Shown here: in pieces, positions 25,006-34,933 of the stretch
Position numbering within the stretch: position 1 is the first letter of the stretch
How the letters are laid out: each line of letters opens with the position of its first letter
Assembly: GCA_023230525.1 (NCBI GenBank)
Contig: JALNXE010000005.1
Span: 7,079-71,078, forward strand
Reading direction: 5' to 3'
DNA length: 64,000 nucleotides
DNA from: Desulfobulbaceae bacterium
GTDB lineage: Bacteria > Desulfobacterota > Desulfobulbia > Desulfobulbales > SURF-16
The notes under the pieces: model-generated
Database searches by the model: none
What the model was told of the DNA's origin: nothing
What the model saw: the letters and a program-made list of their open reading frames with translations, nothing else
Made by a program: the position numbers and the translations under genes

Positions 25006-25053
25006 GCTAAACCGTTGTAAAAAATGGCCATGTTATTTCGTAGCGGCTGCTAA
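25006..25053 (+). repeat. Mosaic intergenic hairpin repeat, copy 5 (internally deleted minimal form)
   Basis: Sequence: GCTAAACCGTTGTAAAAAA-TGGCCATGTT-ATTTCGTAGCGGCTGCTAA. This is the 5' box joined directly to the 3' part of a type-2 loop and the right arm. Its last bases supply the TAG stop of the DUF2156 gene on the opposite strand. Confidence 0.7.
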
Positions 25054-25907
25054 AGCAAAACCGCCCGGTATTTTTTGACAAAATCAACCGGCTTATAGCT
25101 GAGCTTGGCATGGCGCAAGCCTTCGTCACCCAGATCCTGCTCCCGGTTGATGGTAGCATATTTATCCGGCAGAATCGAGGCGAATACCTGATTGACAAAC
25201 TGCCACAGCCCCTTATACTCACCCACCGCCTTTTCAAAATGGATGGCGAAACTGCTGCCCAGCATCAGCTCCTCGCCCAGGGAATAGGCCGCGGGCCTGC
25301 CGTCCACATAGTAAACCCCGCCGCACAGCTGCAATTCCTCCGCCTTTTCCAGGGCCTCTTTCGCCGCGGCGTAATCACCCGGGTCATCCCGGCCCTGCCG
25401 CCAGGCGTCCAGAACCTGCAGGGCATCCGGCATGTACTCCGCCAGCAGCGGCCGCCCCTCATAGGCATAATTGCTGACAAAGGCCTTGATCTGGTTACGC
25501 TTTTTATGAAATTTCCTGCCGCTAAGCTCGGCAAGATCCTTGCGCAGGTAAAGATAATCAAAATTGTCCCGATCTTCACTGAGGCGATACCCCCGTTGGG
25601 CCAGCACCTCGGCCTGGGAAGCGGCAACACACTTCATGGTGGCGAAATCGGTAAACAGCTGCCGCAGCAGCGCCTCATCCGGCAGGCCGAAGGGTAGCAT
25701 GAAAAAAGGCTTATCCGCATCCTCCCCGGCAATGAGCAGCAATCCGTCGGAGAGCCGGGACACCCGGTAGTGATGGCTGTTTCTGAAGAGATAGATGTTG
25801 GCAAAGGTGAACTCGGAAATGCCGTCCGGCAGCTGCTGAAACAGGGGATGCAGCGTCGCCCGCTGCAACAGGTCAAGTTCCGAAAAGTCGGGATAAACTG
25901 GTATCAT
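25050..25907 (-). CDS. DUF2156 protein (MprF C-terminal / aminoacyl-phosphatidylglycerol synthase-like GNAT fold)
   Basis: Contains SEFTFANIYLFRNSHHYRV, DNFDYLYLRKDLAELSGRKFHKKRNQIKAF and FEKAVGEYKGLWQFVNQ. I prefer the ATG at 25907; the track's start at 25946 is a TTG with no SD. Confidence 0.65.
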   Translation of the reverse strand: MIPVYPDFSELDLLQRATLHPLFQQLPDGISEFTFANIYLFRNSHHYRVSRLSDGLLLIAGEDADKPFFMLPFGLPDEALLRQLFTDFATMKCVAASQAEVLAQRGYRLSEDRDNFDYLYLRKDLAELSGRKFHKKRNQIKAFVSNYAYEGRPLLAEYMPDALQVLDAWRQGRDDPGDYAAAKEALEKAEELQLCGGVYYVDGRPAAYSLGEELMLGSSFAIHFEKAVGEYKGLWQFVNQVFASILPDKYATINREQDLGDEGLRHAKLSYKPVDFVKKYRAVLL

Positions 25908-26034
25908 AAAATAGCCGTTGCTCACTTTGATAGAAAATAATCGCAAACTGTTTCAAAAATAAAACCACCATTGCCCCGGCACTGTCAAATCTTATCTCTT
26001 TTGTGGTATGGTGCAAAAAAGGAGGGGAAATGAA

Positions 26035-27252
26035 ATGAACCAACAGAAAAATCACAAATGGTTTCTGCTTGCCGCCATTGCCGCCTATTGCCTGATCGGG
26101 GTGGAGATCATCATCATGATCTCGCCCTTTGCCCTCTATTTTTACTCGGTTTACGGGCCGGTGCTGGAATTCTTTTCCTCCTCGCCCTACTTAAGCTGGA
26201 CCACGGAATTTTTTCTGCCGCACATGACCTTTCCCAATGATCCGGTCATCCTGGGCGTCTCCTATCTGCAGATCCTGCTGCCCGCAGGTCTTGTGCTGTT
26301 CTTCTCCGCGGCAATCCCCCTGTATTACGGCCGCTTTACCGGCCGGGGGGTGGTGCGGATGAGCTTTTACAAAAAAATCAGACACCCGCAGTACCTGTTT
26401 CTGGCCATCTCGGGATTCGGCCTGCTGCTCTACTGGCCCCGCTTCATCATCCTCATCATGTACGTCACCATGCTCTTTGTCTATTACCTGCTGGCCCGCA
26501 ATGAAGAGTGGCGCATGAAGCTGGAAGCCCCGGGCAGCTATGAGGCATACATGACCAACACCCCCATGTTCATCCCGGGGGAGCCGGGCGGAAAGATCTA
26601 CCGGCTGCTGTTTGGCTGGCTCCAGCCGAAATGGCTGGGCATCCTCGTTGCCTATGGTCTTACCCTGGTCTGCTGCCTCGGATTGGCCATGGGCATCAGA
26701 AACTATACCATCAAACAGCTGCCCGCGGTTCAAGTCGACTCCATGACGGTGCTGCCCGTTTTCCCCCGGCCGCCGGCGGAAGTCCGGGCGCTCTATGAAA
26801 AAGTCGCCTCCTCCAGCCAGGTGAAGCCCTTTCTGCAGGGAGAGACCGGTGCCAATCTGATCTATATATTCCCGGGTGATTTTTTTCTGACCGCCATTGT
26901 CACCGATGAAGACCGCCGTTTTTCCGACGATATTATTGAACGCTTTCCCGAGGTGCTTGAATGGCACCAGCATAAATTCAAGGGAGGGCTGGGGAAATTC
27001 TTTAAAATTTTCTATAACTATATCAGAACCTTGGGCAGCGTGGAGACGGATTACCATGTCGAACGTTTCGTCTTTGTGCGGGTAAGTGACGGCCAGGGCG
27101 GCCTGGCTCGGCCCGAGGATATTTTCCGGCTGGGAATGAAGAGAAAACCGGTCCTGCTGGTTGATATGGATGTTGATGATCACCGCATCGTTGCCATTAT
27201 CATCCCCACGGGAAAAAACAAATGGGGCACCATGCCCATGCCGTCTTTCTAG
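26035..27252 (+). CDS. Membrane methyltransferase (ICMT/PEMT-like) fused to an uncharacterised C-terminal domain of about 190 aa
   Basis: Multi-TM N-terminal half with YKKIRHPQYLFLAISGFG...ARNEEWRMKLEAPGSYEAYMTNTPMFIPG (the RHPxY...E motif of isoprenylcysteine/phospholipid methyltransferases). The ATG at 26035 sits 9 nt after AGGAGG. The ATG at 26008 is also possible. Confidence 0.6.
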   Translation: MNQQKNHKWFLLAAIAAYCLIGVEIIIMISPFALYFYSVYGPVLEFFSSSPYLSWTTEFFLPHMTFPNDPVILGVSYLQILLPAGLVLFFSAAIPLYYGRFTGRGVVRMSFYKKIRHPQYLFLAISGFGLLLYWPRFIILIMYVTMLFVYYLLARNEEWRMKLEAPGSYEAYMTNTPMFIPGEPGGKIYRLLFGWLQPKWLGILVAYGLTLVCCLGLAMGIRNYTIKQLPAVQVDSMTVLPVFPRPPAEVRALYEKVASSSQVKPFLQGETGANLIYIFPGDFFLTAIVTDEDRRFSDDIIERFPEVLEWHQHKFKGGLGKFFKIFYNYIRTLGSVETDYHVERFVFVRVSDGQGGLARPEDIFRLGMKRKPVLLVDMDVDDHRIVAIIIPTGKNKWGTMPMPSF

Positions 27253-27269
27253 CGGCATTTTCTCCCTGC

Positions 27270-28172
27270 TCAGCCAATGGTCAGACAGTTGCGCCCGGCC
27301 GCCTTGCTCCTGTACATGAGGGTGTCCGCTCTTTTCACCAGGCTCTCCATATTGTCATCATCCCGCACCAGGGTGGCGCCAAGGGATATGGTCACCTGCA
27401 GCCGCTCGCTTTCGTAAACGATATAGGACTGCTCCACCAGCAGGCGCAGCCTGTCGCCCAGCTCTACAAGATCCGGCAGAGAGATATTGCGGATAATGGC
27501 GAGAAATTCCTCCCCGCCCCAGCGGCCATAGAGATCAAAGGGCCTGGAGTTGACAATAAAGGTTTTTGCCACAAACCGCAGCACCTCGTCCCCGGCGGCA
27601 TGGCCATAGCTGTCATTGAACTCCTTGAAATGGTCGATATCGAGAAAAAGAACGCCGAAGGGCAGCTGAAAGCGCTTTTTCTCTTCAAAACGGCTCAGTA
27701 ACTCCTTCTCGAGATAACGCCTGTTTGCCAGCTGGGTGAGATTGTCAAGCAGGGCCAGTTTTTCCAGCTCCTGCAGCCGCAACGCATTGGCCTTCTGGTT
27801 GCTGATATCGGTAAACAGCTCAATGCCGCCAATTACCCCCCCCTTCTCATCGCGCAGCACACTGATGCGCACGGAAACGGGTATTCTATGCCCGTCCTTG
27901 TGGTGCATATACACTTCCGCCTCGCGGAATTTGCCGTCGGCAATACTTTGGGCAAGAGGACACATGCCGAAACAGAGGCTTCTGCCGCTGCCGTCCACAT
28001 GGGTGAGAATGTTGTCGGAGCAGGATTTGCCGACCACCTCTTCCCTGGAAAATCCGGAGATCTGTTCAGCGGCCTCGTTCCAGTAGGTTATGACCCGGTC
28101 CCGGTCGACAAAATACAAACCGTCATGCAGGTTCTCGAGGATGCTTTCAAACGAGACATCGGCAAGCTTCAT
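27270..28172 (-). CDS. PAS-domain diguanylate cyclase (GGDEF)
   Basis: N-terminal PAS domain (LHDGLYFVDRDRVITYWNEAAEQISGF), an active-site GGEEF, and an RPFD I-site five residues upstream. Confidence 0.9.
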   Translation of the reverse strand: MKLADVSFESILENLHDGLYFVDRDRVITYWNEAAEQISGFSREEVVGKSCSDNILTHVDGSGRSLCFGMCPLAQSIADGKFREAEVYMHHKDGHRIPVSVRISVLRDEKGGVIGGIELFTDISNQKANALRLQELEKLALLDNLTQLANRRYLEKELLSRFEEKKRFQLPFGVLFLDIDHFKEFNDSYGHAAGDEVLRFVAKTFIVNSRPFDLYGRWGGEEFLAIIRNISLPDLVELGDRLRLLVEQSYIVYESERLQVTISLGATLVRDDDNMESLVKRADTLMYRSKAAGRNCLTIG

Positions 28173-28268
28173 ACCATTTCCTCTGCTGCGCTATTTTTTC
28201 GGAGCGCATCTCCCTCCAGTGGCCGCGGCGGCCGGCGGCCCCTTATTGCCCGAGCTCAATCATCACCA

Positions 28269-29483
28269 TCAGGGGGCAATACAGATGATTTCGCCCTGGT
28301 CCCCGGTCAGACTTCGCCCGCCCTGCCCGGTCACCGCAAAGGTGTTTTCCACCCCCACCATACCCACCTGGGGAATGCCTATTTTCGGTTCAACGGCCAG
28401 CACCATGCCCTGTTCCAGCGGCAGATCAAAGCCCCGGGCCAGGACGGGATACTCGTCAATGCACAGGCCGATGCCGTGGCCGGCAAAGCCCACCTTGTTT
28501 TTGCCGAGGCCCATGAAGCCTTCGCCCCAGCCCGCCTTATCCGCCCAGGCCGACACATGTTGCCAGATGTCGCTCGGCAGCACGCCGGGCCTGAGGTGAT
28601 CGGCAATCCAGCTCTGCACCTCGAGGCAAAAATCCTGGGCCGCCCGTACTTTCGCCGGAATGGTGCTGGGCTCCCCCAGCCAGTAGACCTGGGTCTTGTC
28701 GGTCTGGTAGCCTGCATAACAGAAGCCGTTGTCAATGGTCAGGGGCTCTCCGGCCCGCCAGATCTTGGCAGCCGACCCCATATGCGGCACCGCGGGATGG
28801 GCGCCGCGCAGACCCAGCGGACCGTTGAAGACACTGGGATAATTGCCGCTGTCCCCGGCCGCGATATGGCCCAGGAAGACCTCTTCGCCATAGTTGCCCA
28901 TGCGCAGAATGCCAAGATGACCCTGTTCATAAAAAAGACGGGACAGGGTGTGGGCTATTGCCAGCTCGCTCATGCCCTCTCTGAGCAGGGGCGGCAGCAG
29001 TTTCCCCAGGCACCGGGCGTGGCCGGCGCCGGCTTTGTCAAGCTTGGCCAGCTCCCAGCCGGACTTGGTGCCCCGGGCCATGGCCAGCACCTTGTCTCCG
29101 GGCAGCAAGGCATGGCCGGGCAGGGCGGCGGTAAAACTCAGGCCAAGGGCCCACGACAGGCCATTCATCTCCACGGCCACGGTTGCCGGCAGGGGAGAAC
29201 CGGCGTCTGCCAGAACCGCCTCGATATCCTTGTAAGACCTGAAGGGGAAGATGTTATCCACCGCCGATTCGAGTCCGGCCCGGTCCAGGCCGCGCCGGCA
29301 GAGCAGGACAGGCTTGCCCGTAACCGGCAGCCAGAAGATGCCGTTACCGAAGGTGCCGCTCAGATAATAGATATTGACGCGGGAAAAGACGATGAGTCCT
29401 GCTGCCTTGGGCACGCAGTTTTTCAGCAGGACCCGGCACCTGTTCCAGCGGTTTTCCAGCTCCTGCAGCGGCACTGTTTCCAA
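28269..29483 (-). CDS. M24 family metallopeptidase (aminopeptidase P/creatinase-like)
   Basis: 404 aa with ...LTIDNGFCYAGYQTDKTQVY..., GHGIGLCIDEYP and LAVEPKIG pita-bread ligand motifs. Confidence 0.8.
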   Translation of the reverse strand: METVPLQELENRWNRCRVLLKNCVPKAAGLIVFSRVNIYYLSGTFGNGIFWLPVTGKPVLLCRRGLDRAGLESAVDNIFPFRSYKDIEAVLADAGSPLPATVAVEMNGLSWALGLSFTAALPGHALLPGDKVLAMARGTKSGWELAKLDKAGAGHARCLGKLLPPLLREGMSELAIAHTLSRLFYEQGHLGILRMGNYGEEVFLGHIAAGDSGNYPSVFNGPLGLRGAHPAVPHMGSAAKIWRAGEPLTIDNGFCYAGYQTDKTQVYWLGEPSTIPAKVRAAQDFCLEVQSWIADHLRPGVLPSDIWQHVSAWADKAGWGEGFMGLGKNKVGFAGHGIGLCIDEYPVLARGFDLPLEQGMVLAVEPKIGIPQVGMVGVENTFAVTGQGGRSLTGDQGEIICIAP

Positions 29484-29516
29484 AACACCTCTCCTTTTAA
29501 AAAAAATTCTGCTTGT

Positions 29517-30197
29517 TCATTTGTTGCCGCTGTAAACGGCAAAACTATAATATTGATACCAGCAGTTCACGTGATGAAAACCGGCATCCTGCAGGGACGC
29601 AAGCTGCCAGGACAGGGTGGACATCCTGTCCTCCTTCATTCTGACCAGGGCCCCTTGCAGCTCCAAGTCCGTGGCGCCGTTCGCCTTGACCTGGCCAAGC
29701 CACTTCTGCCGGTATATCCGGTCAATCTCCGCGGTTTCCCCCAATACCTGGTCAGCGTTGACAAACATTCCGCCCGGGGCAAGATGGGCATACACCTTGC
29801 CGAACAGCTCCTGTTTCTGCTGCTGATCAAGGTGGTGGATGGAGAGCGATGACATGATCAGATCAAATGGCCCGCCCGGTAGTGATGGTAAACTGCTGTA
29901 ATCAGCCACGATATAGGTGAATTCGTGGGCAGAGCCGGCCAGTCTTTTTCTGGCCTCGGCCAGCATGTCCTCGGAGATATCCACCAGCACAAAGCGGGCC
30001 TTGGCAAAGTCTGCGGCAATCATTGAGGTCAGCAGGCCGGTGCCGGCGCCAAGATCCAGAATCGTCAGCTTTTCTTCATGGGCAAAGGGGATGATTTCCC
30101 GGGCAGTCCGGTAGAAATCAGCAAAGCAGGGAATGAGCTTGCGGCGCGACCCATCGTATTGGCTGGCGTATTGATCAAAAACGGCTTTGATGGACAT
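29517..30197 (-). CDS. Class I SAM-dependent methyltransferase
   Basis: Motif I ILDLGAGTGLLT, then FVLVDISEDMLAEA and DLIMSSLSIHHL. Confidence 0.85.
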   Translation of the reverse strand: MSIKAVFDQYASQYDGSRRKLIPCFADFYRTAREIIPFAHEEKLTILDLGAGTGLLTSMIAADFAKARFVLVDISEDMLAEARKRLAGSAHEFTYIVADYSSLPSLPGGPFDLIMSSLSIHHLDQQQKQELFGKVYAHLAPGGMFVNADQVLGETAEIDRIYRQKWLGQVKANGATDLELQGALVRMKEDRMSTLSWQLASLQDAGFHHVNCWYQYYSFAVYSGNK

Positions 30198-30262
30198 GGG
30201 TTAGATATGAAGGTGCCGGTCCGCCACATGGGCCGCGGCCTTGGCCAGCGGCTGGAATCTTT

Positions 30263-30697
30263 TCACCGCTCTGCCCTCTCTCCTGCCGCCAGTGCGGCAA
30301 AACCGGCATAATCCGCGGCAAATCTCTTCCTGCCGGTGCGGAGAAATTCCGCATAGCTCCACTCCGCCGGCAGCAGCAGCCGGGCGAATTCCGGTCTGAT
30401 GACGTAGGTGTCGGCCGCCAGACTCTGGCCTTCCGCGCCGTCCACCAGGACCGGGCGTCTGTCATACATCTCGCCCTCGAAGCGGTCCAGCCGCCGCCAG
30501 GCCTCCTGGGACACCTCAAGATACACCACCCCCTGGACAACTGCGCCCTGCTGCCCGACTATGGCCGGATACTCCTCGCCGCGGAGCCGGGAGCGCCGGT
30601 AGCCGGCGAGGGTGGCGGGCAATTGCGCCGGCAGGCAGCCGGCAACCTGCTGCATGATCTCGGCACACATCAGCGTCCCATAGGCAAAAAGATTCAT
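30263..30697 (-). CDS. Gamma-glutamylcyclotransferase-like (AIG2/GGACT) family protein
   Basis: MNLFAYGTLM start, then ...GYRR...YPAIV...V.G.VY...LDRFEG..Y.R. Confidence 0.75.
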   Translation of the reverse strand: MNLFAYGTLMCAEIMQQVAGCLPAQLPATLAGYRRSRLRGEEYPAIVGQQGAVVQGVVYLEVSQEAWRRLDRFEGEMYDRRPVLVDGAEGQSLAADTYVIRPEFARLLLPAEWSYAEFLRTGRKRFAADYAGFAALAAGERAER

Positions 30698-30735
30698 TGA
30701 CCGTCTCCCCGCTTATGCGCAATAAACCGCAGGCC

Positions 30736-31305
30736 TTAACGGCCCGGCAGCTTGGCAAGGACCAGCCGGCCGGCTGCTTCAAGCTTCTGCCGGTTGCCGT
30801 CCCGGTCCGGATTGCCCACGCCGATAGTGATATAGTAGTCCCCGGCCAGCATATGCAGGCCGCCGGTACCGATGAACGCCTCATCGCCAAAGCCCGCCAG
30901 ATCAACCCGGCCATCGGTCAGCATCTTTTTGGTTTCAACAAAGATGCTCTTCGGGCTTTGGCCCGCTTCCCGCACCTGCGGCGGCATGAACTCGGACTGC
31001 TGCACCGTGATCTGCAGAAATTTTCCGGAATCGGGGTTGGCGGCCTCATAGAAGCATTTTTTCATGCCCACCACCTTCTGCTCCCCATATTGCCCGTCTT
31101 TGACCGCTTCCCCGATCAAGTTCTCCGCCTCTGCCCTGGTGATGAGTTCACAGGGCTCTTTGAGTTGGCAGCCGGCAGAGCGTTGAGCCGCCTCCTGGCC
31201 GGCGGTCTGTTTGCCCTGGCTGTTTTCACTGTTTGGATCATTTCCGCCGCAGCCGGCAAAAAGGATGAGGGCGCTTACGAAGAGGCAAAGGTATCTTTTT
31301 CCCAT
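30736..31305 (-). CDS. Lipoprotein of unknown function
   Basis: Internal Met at 31305 gives MGKRYLCLFVSALILFAGCGGND, a lipobox (LFAGC). The track's upstream 88 codons overlap hisC and look non-coding. Confidence 0.6.
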   Translation of the reverse strand: MGKRYLCLFVSALILFAGCGGNDPNSENSQGKQTAGQEAAQRSAGCQLKEPCELITRAEAENLIGEAVKDGQYGEQKVVGMKKCFYEAANPDSGKFLQITVQQSEFMPPQVREAGQSPKSIFVETKKMLTDGRVDLAGFGDEAFIGTGGLHMLAGDYYITIGVGNPDRDGNRQKLEAAGRLVLAKLPGR

Positions 31306-31354
31306 GGTTTCTTCCTTTTTTTGTGGTTCCTGCTTGCCATGCACCATTTCAGCT

Positions 31355-32416
31355 TTACGCGCCGAGTATCTGCGCCAGGGCCCGGCACAGGGCGTTACAC
31401 TGCTCGTCCGTGCCCACCGTGATGCGGAGAAACTGCTCGATGCGTTCCTGCCTGAAATGGCGAACGATGATCGCTTTTTCCCGTAATCCGGCGGCGAGCT
31501 GCAAGGCGTCCCGGGCCGGATGCCGGGCAAAGACAAAATTTGCCGCAGACGGCAGCACCTCGAAACCAAAGCCGCGCAGATTACGCACCAGTTCCTCCCT
31601 GGTCCGCATAATCATCTGCCTGGTTTGCTCAAAGTATGGCCGGTCCTCCATGGCCGCCACGGCGCCCCGGATGGCAAGGCGGCCCAGGGGGTAGGAATTG
31701 AAGCTGTTCTTGACCCGCTCCAGGGCCTCGATGAGTCTGGGGTGGCCCACGGCAAAGCCCACCCGCAAGCCGGCCAGGGAACGGGATTTGGACAGGGTCT
31801 GGATGACGAGCAGCTGGGGATACCGATCCACCAGGGCAATGGCCGACTCGCCGCCGAAGTCCACGTATGCCTCATCCACCACCACCACGGAATCCGGGTT
31901 GCCGGCAAGCAGGGCCTCGATTTTGGCCAGGGGCAGCAGCCGGCCGGTGGGGGCATTGGGGTTGGGGAAGATGATGCCGCCATTGGGCCGCGCATAATCC
32001 GTGACCTCTATTGCCAAGGCGGCGGTGAGCGGTATGGTCACAAAATCTATTCCATAGAGCCCGCAGTAGACCGGGTAGAAACTGTAGGTGATGTCCGGGA
32101 ACAAGAGCGGCTGTTCATGTTTCAACAGTGCCAGAAAGACATGGGCCAGCACCTCGTCCGAGCCGTTGCCGACAAAGACCTGGGGCGGTGTAACGCCATA
32201 ATAGGCCGCCACCGCGTTCTTCAAACTCTCCCCATTGGGATCCGGGTAGAGGCGCAGGCTATCGCCCACCTCGGCCTGCAGGGCCGCAAGCACCCTGGGC
32301 GAGGGCCCGTAGGGATTTTCATTGGTGTTTAATTTGATCAGGCCAGCCACCTTGGGCTGCTCTCCGGGGACATAGGGAGTAAGCCCGTGGACCACCGAAC
32401 TCCAGAAATGACTCAT
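31355..32416 (-). CDS. hisC: Histidinol-phosphate aminotransferase
   Basis: Contains [17 protein letters not shown], and the PLP-lysine motif [15 protein letters not shown]. Confidence 0.92.
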   Translation of the reverse strand: MSHFWSSVVHGLTPYVPGEQPKVAGLIKLNTNENPYGPSPRVLAALQAEVGDSLRLYPDPNGESLKNAVAAYYGVTPPQVFVGNGSDEVLAHVFLALLKHEQPLLFPDITYSFYPVYCGLYGIDFVTIPLTAALAIEVTDYARPNGGIIFPNPNAPTGRLLPLAKIEALLAGNPDSVVVVDEAYVDFGGESAIALVDRYPQLLVIQTLSKSRSLAGLRVGFAVGHPRLIEALERVKNSFNSYPLGRLAIRGAVAAMEDRPYFEQTRQMIMRTREELVRNLRGFGFEVLPSAANFVFARHPARDALQLAAGLREKAIIVRHFRQERIEQFLRITVGTDEQCNALCRALAQILGA

Positions 32417-32579
32417 GCTTTTAATCCACTAACCATTATCGCTGTTTATCTCAGGCCGGTTCATGCTCTCCCCGGCTGGCCTTTCTCATGGCCCACGCCA
32501 AACCAAAAGAGAATTCTTCGATTATGGGCAAGTTGTCAACGTTTTTATTGATCAACAGCTGAAATTGCGAGGAGATCGG

Positions 32580-32930
32580 CTAGGTTGCGGACAGGTCCAT
32601 TTTTCTGCCGATCCTGTAGGCATCAACCACGGCCAGGATCCAGCTAATCAGAACCAGCAGCAGCAGACCATTGAACAGCAGGCTGTCAGAGGCGGTGGCT
32701 GCCTGGTTGACCGCGGTGCTGATCATATTGATATCGATTTCTCCGCCACCCGCTGCAATCTTTTCAAGAACCGGCAGGGCCTTTGCCACGATCAGCGCCG
32801 CCATGACACTGAGCGAGGCGCAGGTCACAAACATCAGGGCGATCCCCCGCAGATAATGCCGGAAAAAAACCTGCCCCAAACCAGGCAGCACCAGACCGGA
32901 TAAAAGCACGCCCTTTAATGAATTTTTCAT
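32580..32930 (-). CDS. Small membrane protein of unknown function
   Basis: 116 aa with three predicted TM segments (GVLLSGLVLPGLGQVFF, IALMFVTCASLSVMAALIV, LLLLVLISWILAVV). Confidence 0.5.
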   Translation of the reverse strand: MKNSLKGVLLSGLVLPGLGQVFFRHYLRGIALMFVTCASLSVMAALIVAKALPVLEKIAAGGGEIDINMISTAVNQAATASDSLLFNGLLLLVLISWILAVVDAYRIGRKMDLSAT

Positions 32931-33029
32931 TGCTGCCCCCTGAACAAAAAATAAAAACCGCCGTCATCTCCGCCGCGGCCCTGAGACACACCACGCCGGG
33001 GTTGACTAAAAATCGGTTTTCCCTGGCTG

Positions 33030-33563
33030 TCAGGGTGTTTTCTCCGCTGTTTTGCGGATAATCTGCGGCACAAATCTTTCCGAAAATCCGGCCACAAAAG
33101 ACCAGAAAATCAACTTGGCGATATTGGGCCCGTCTTTGGGAAAGGTATAGGTCAAGAAATCGGCAAAACTCCGGGTTAGATTCTGTTGATCAATGGCCAC
33201 CTGATGGTATTCCGGAAACAATGATCCTTCGAGGATGCCGGATATGAACAGAATATGCAGAACAATGGCAAATATCCCGCCGTTGACCGGGATCAGCAGC
33301 AGGGAAGACCAGGACTGGGAAAGCTCCCGCAGCTCAATGCTATCGGTTTTGGGCAGGCGCTGCTGGATGCTGACAAAGCCGCCGATGAGTCCGGCGATGA
33401 AGACATAGGTGATCAGGTAGGTCCTGCTGCCGGTGGTGCCGAAGTTCAGGCAGTACAGCAGCAGTGACAGGCCGATCAGGCACAGGACGGTGAGGGCAAA
33501 GAGCTTCTTGGTGACAATGATCAGAAGTTTCTGTCGCTCAACCTTATTCTGCTGTTCGCTCAT
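33030..33563 (-). CDS. Membrane protein of unknown function
   Basis: 177 aa with four hydrophobic segments. I recognise no family. Confidence 0.5.
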   Translation of the reverse strand: MSEQQNKVERQKLLIIVTKKLFALTVLCLIGLSLLLYCLNFGTTGSRTYLITYVFIAGLIGGFVSIQQRLPKTDSIELRELSQSWSSLLLIPVNGGIFAIVLHILFISGILEGSLFPEYHQVAIDQQNLTRSFADFLTYTFPKDGPNIAKLIFWSFVAGFSERFVPQIIRKTAEKTP

Positions 33564-33592
33564 GGTTTGCCGGTCTCGTCATTTTTTTCAGA

Positions 33593-34195
33593 TCATTCAT
33601 CATTTGCTGCAAAAATATTCTTTACCATTTCCTCCGCCTCGGCAAGCCATTTTTTTCTTTGTTGCTCGGTGCTGACCACCATGATGCCGAACATCCTCCG
33701 ATGAAAATCCCTGACCCCGCACAGCCCGAAAAGACAATTCTTCCATAAGGTTTCCAGGGGATCGCCGAACACCGCCACCTCCCTTGCCGCCGCGGTGTTC
33801 GAGGTATTGAACACCAGGGCGGCATGAGCCTGTAACAGTCCGTGCGGCACCCCTTCGCCGCTGTCCCCCTCGAGAAACTCATAGGCCACCCCCGGCCGGA
33901 TCACCCGGTCCGCCCAGCCCTTCAGGATTGCCGGGGGCTGGCCCCACCAGTTGGGATGAATGACAATAATGCCGTCCGCCGTACTGAGCTCCCGGCAATG
34001 GTTGGCGATAACGGCCGGCAGCACCGCATCCCTGGAGATTTCGCCGGCCGGCAGAACGGGATCAAATTGTTCCGCGTACAAATCATGGAAAAAGACCTGA
34101 TGCCGGTTTGCCGCCAGCGCCTGCAGCACGGTCCGGGCAATGGCGTGATTAAAACTCTCTTTGTTCGGATGGGCGAGAATAACGGAAATTTTCAC
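33593..34195 (-). CDS. NAD(P)H-dependent oxidoreductase (flavodoxin-like fold, quinone reductase type)
   Basis: MKISVILAHPNKESFNHAIA..., ...DGIIVIHPNWWGQPPAILKGWADRV. Confidence 0.8.
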   Translation of the reverse strand: MKISVILAHPNKESFNHAIARTVLQALAANRHQVFFHDLYAEQFDPVLPAGEISRDAVLPAVIANHCRELSTADGIIVIHPNWWGQPPAILKGWADRVIRPGVAYEFLEGDSGEGVPHGLLQAHAALVFNTSNTAAAREVAVFGDPLETLWKNCLFGLCGVRDFHRRMFGIMVVSTEQQRKKWLAEAEEMVKNIFAANDE

Positions 34196-34216
34196 TTTTT
34201 TCTCCTTCGCCTCCCC

Positions 34217-34933
34217 TCAGCGGCTGCCGCCGAACAGGGCGAAAATACCATATTTGCAGTAGCAGTCGACCTGCTGAAAGCCGATCTGCTCCAGCATGGC
34301 CAGCTGCGCCTCAAGGGAGTCCGGCATATTATCCGGGTTCCCCTTATATTGCTCGGGAACCGTCAGCAGTTTTTCCCGTTTGCCCTCCGGCTGCTCGCCT
34401 ATCCACTGCCGCCATAAAGATAAATACCATTTTTCCAGCCCCGCCGAGCAGGGCAGCACCACATCATAATGGACAAAACAGCCGCCAGGGGCCAGATGGC
34501 GGTAAATATAGGCATAGAGATCCCTCTTCTCGGCAGAGAGCAGATGATGGATGGCCAGCGATGAATAAATAAAATCAAAATTGCCGGCAAAAGGATCATT
34601 GCCCAGCAGCTCCTGGAAACTTGCCCGGATGAAACGGATATCCGCCCTGTCCCCCAGCCGTGCTTGCGCCGCCGCCAGCATGGCGGCGGAGCCGTCGACC
34701 AGGGTGATCTCCGCCGGGGCAAAGGATTGCAGCAGTTGCCGGATGAACAGGCCGTCCCCGCAGCCGAGATCGAGGACGCGGGCCGCCCGGTTGCCCGAAA
34801 TAAAATGGCCGTAAAAGGAGAGGGCCATGTCCATAAAGTGCCGGCGCCGGGGCAGATAAATATCCGCCTCATCCCGGTAATTTTGGGAAAATCCGTTATC
34901 CGCCCAGCGTGATTGGTCAAATTCGGCCATCAT
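34217..34933 (-). CDS. Class I SAM-dependent methyltransferase
   Basis: Motif I VLDLGCGDGLF, then ITLVDGSAAMLAAA and FIYSSLAIHHL. Confidence 0.85.
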   Translation of the reverse strand: MMAEFDQSRWADNGFSQNYRDEADIYLPRRRHFMDMALSFYGHFISGNRAARVLDLGCGDGLFIRQLLQSFAPAEITLVDGSAAMLAAAQARLGDRADIRFIRASFQELLGNDPFAGNFDFIYSSLAIHHLLSAEKRDLYAYIYRHLAPGGCFVHYDVVLPCSAGLEKWYLSLWRQWIGEQPEGKREKLLTVPEQYKGNPDNMPDSLEAQLAMLEQIGFQQVDCYCKYGIFALFGGSR

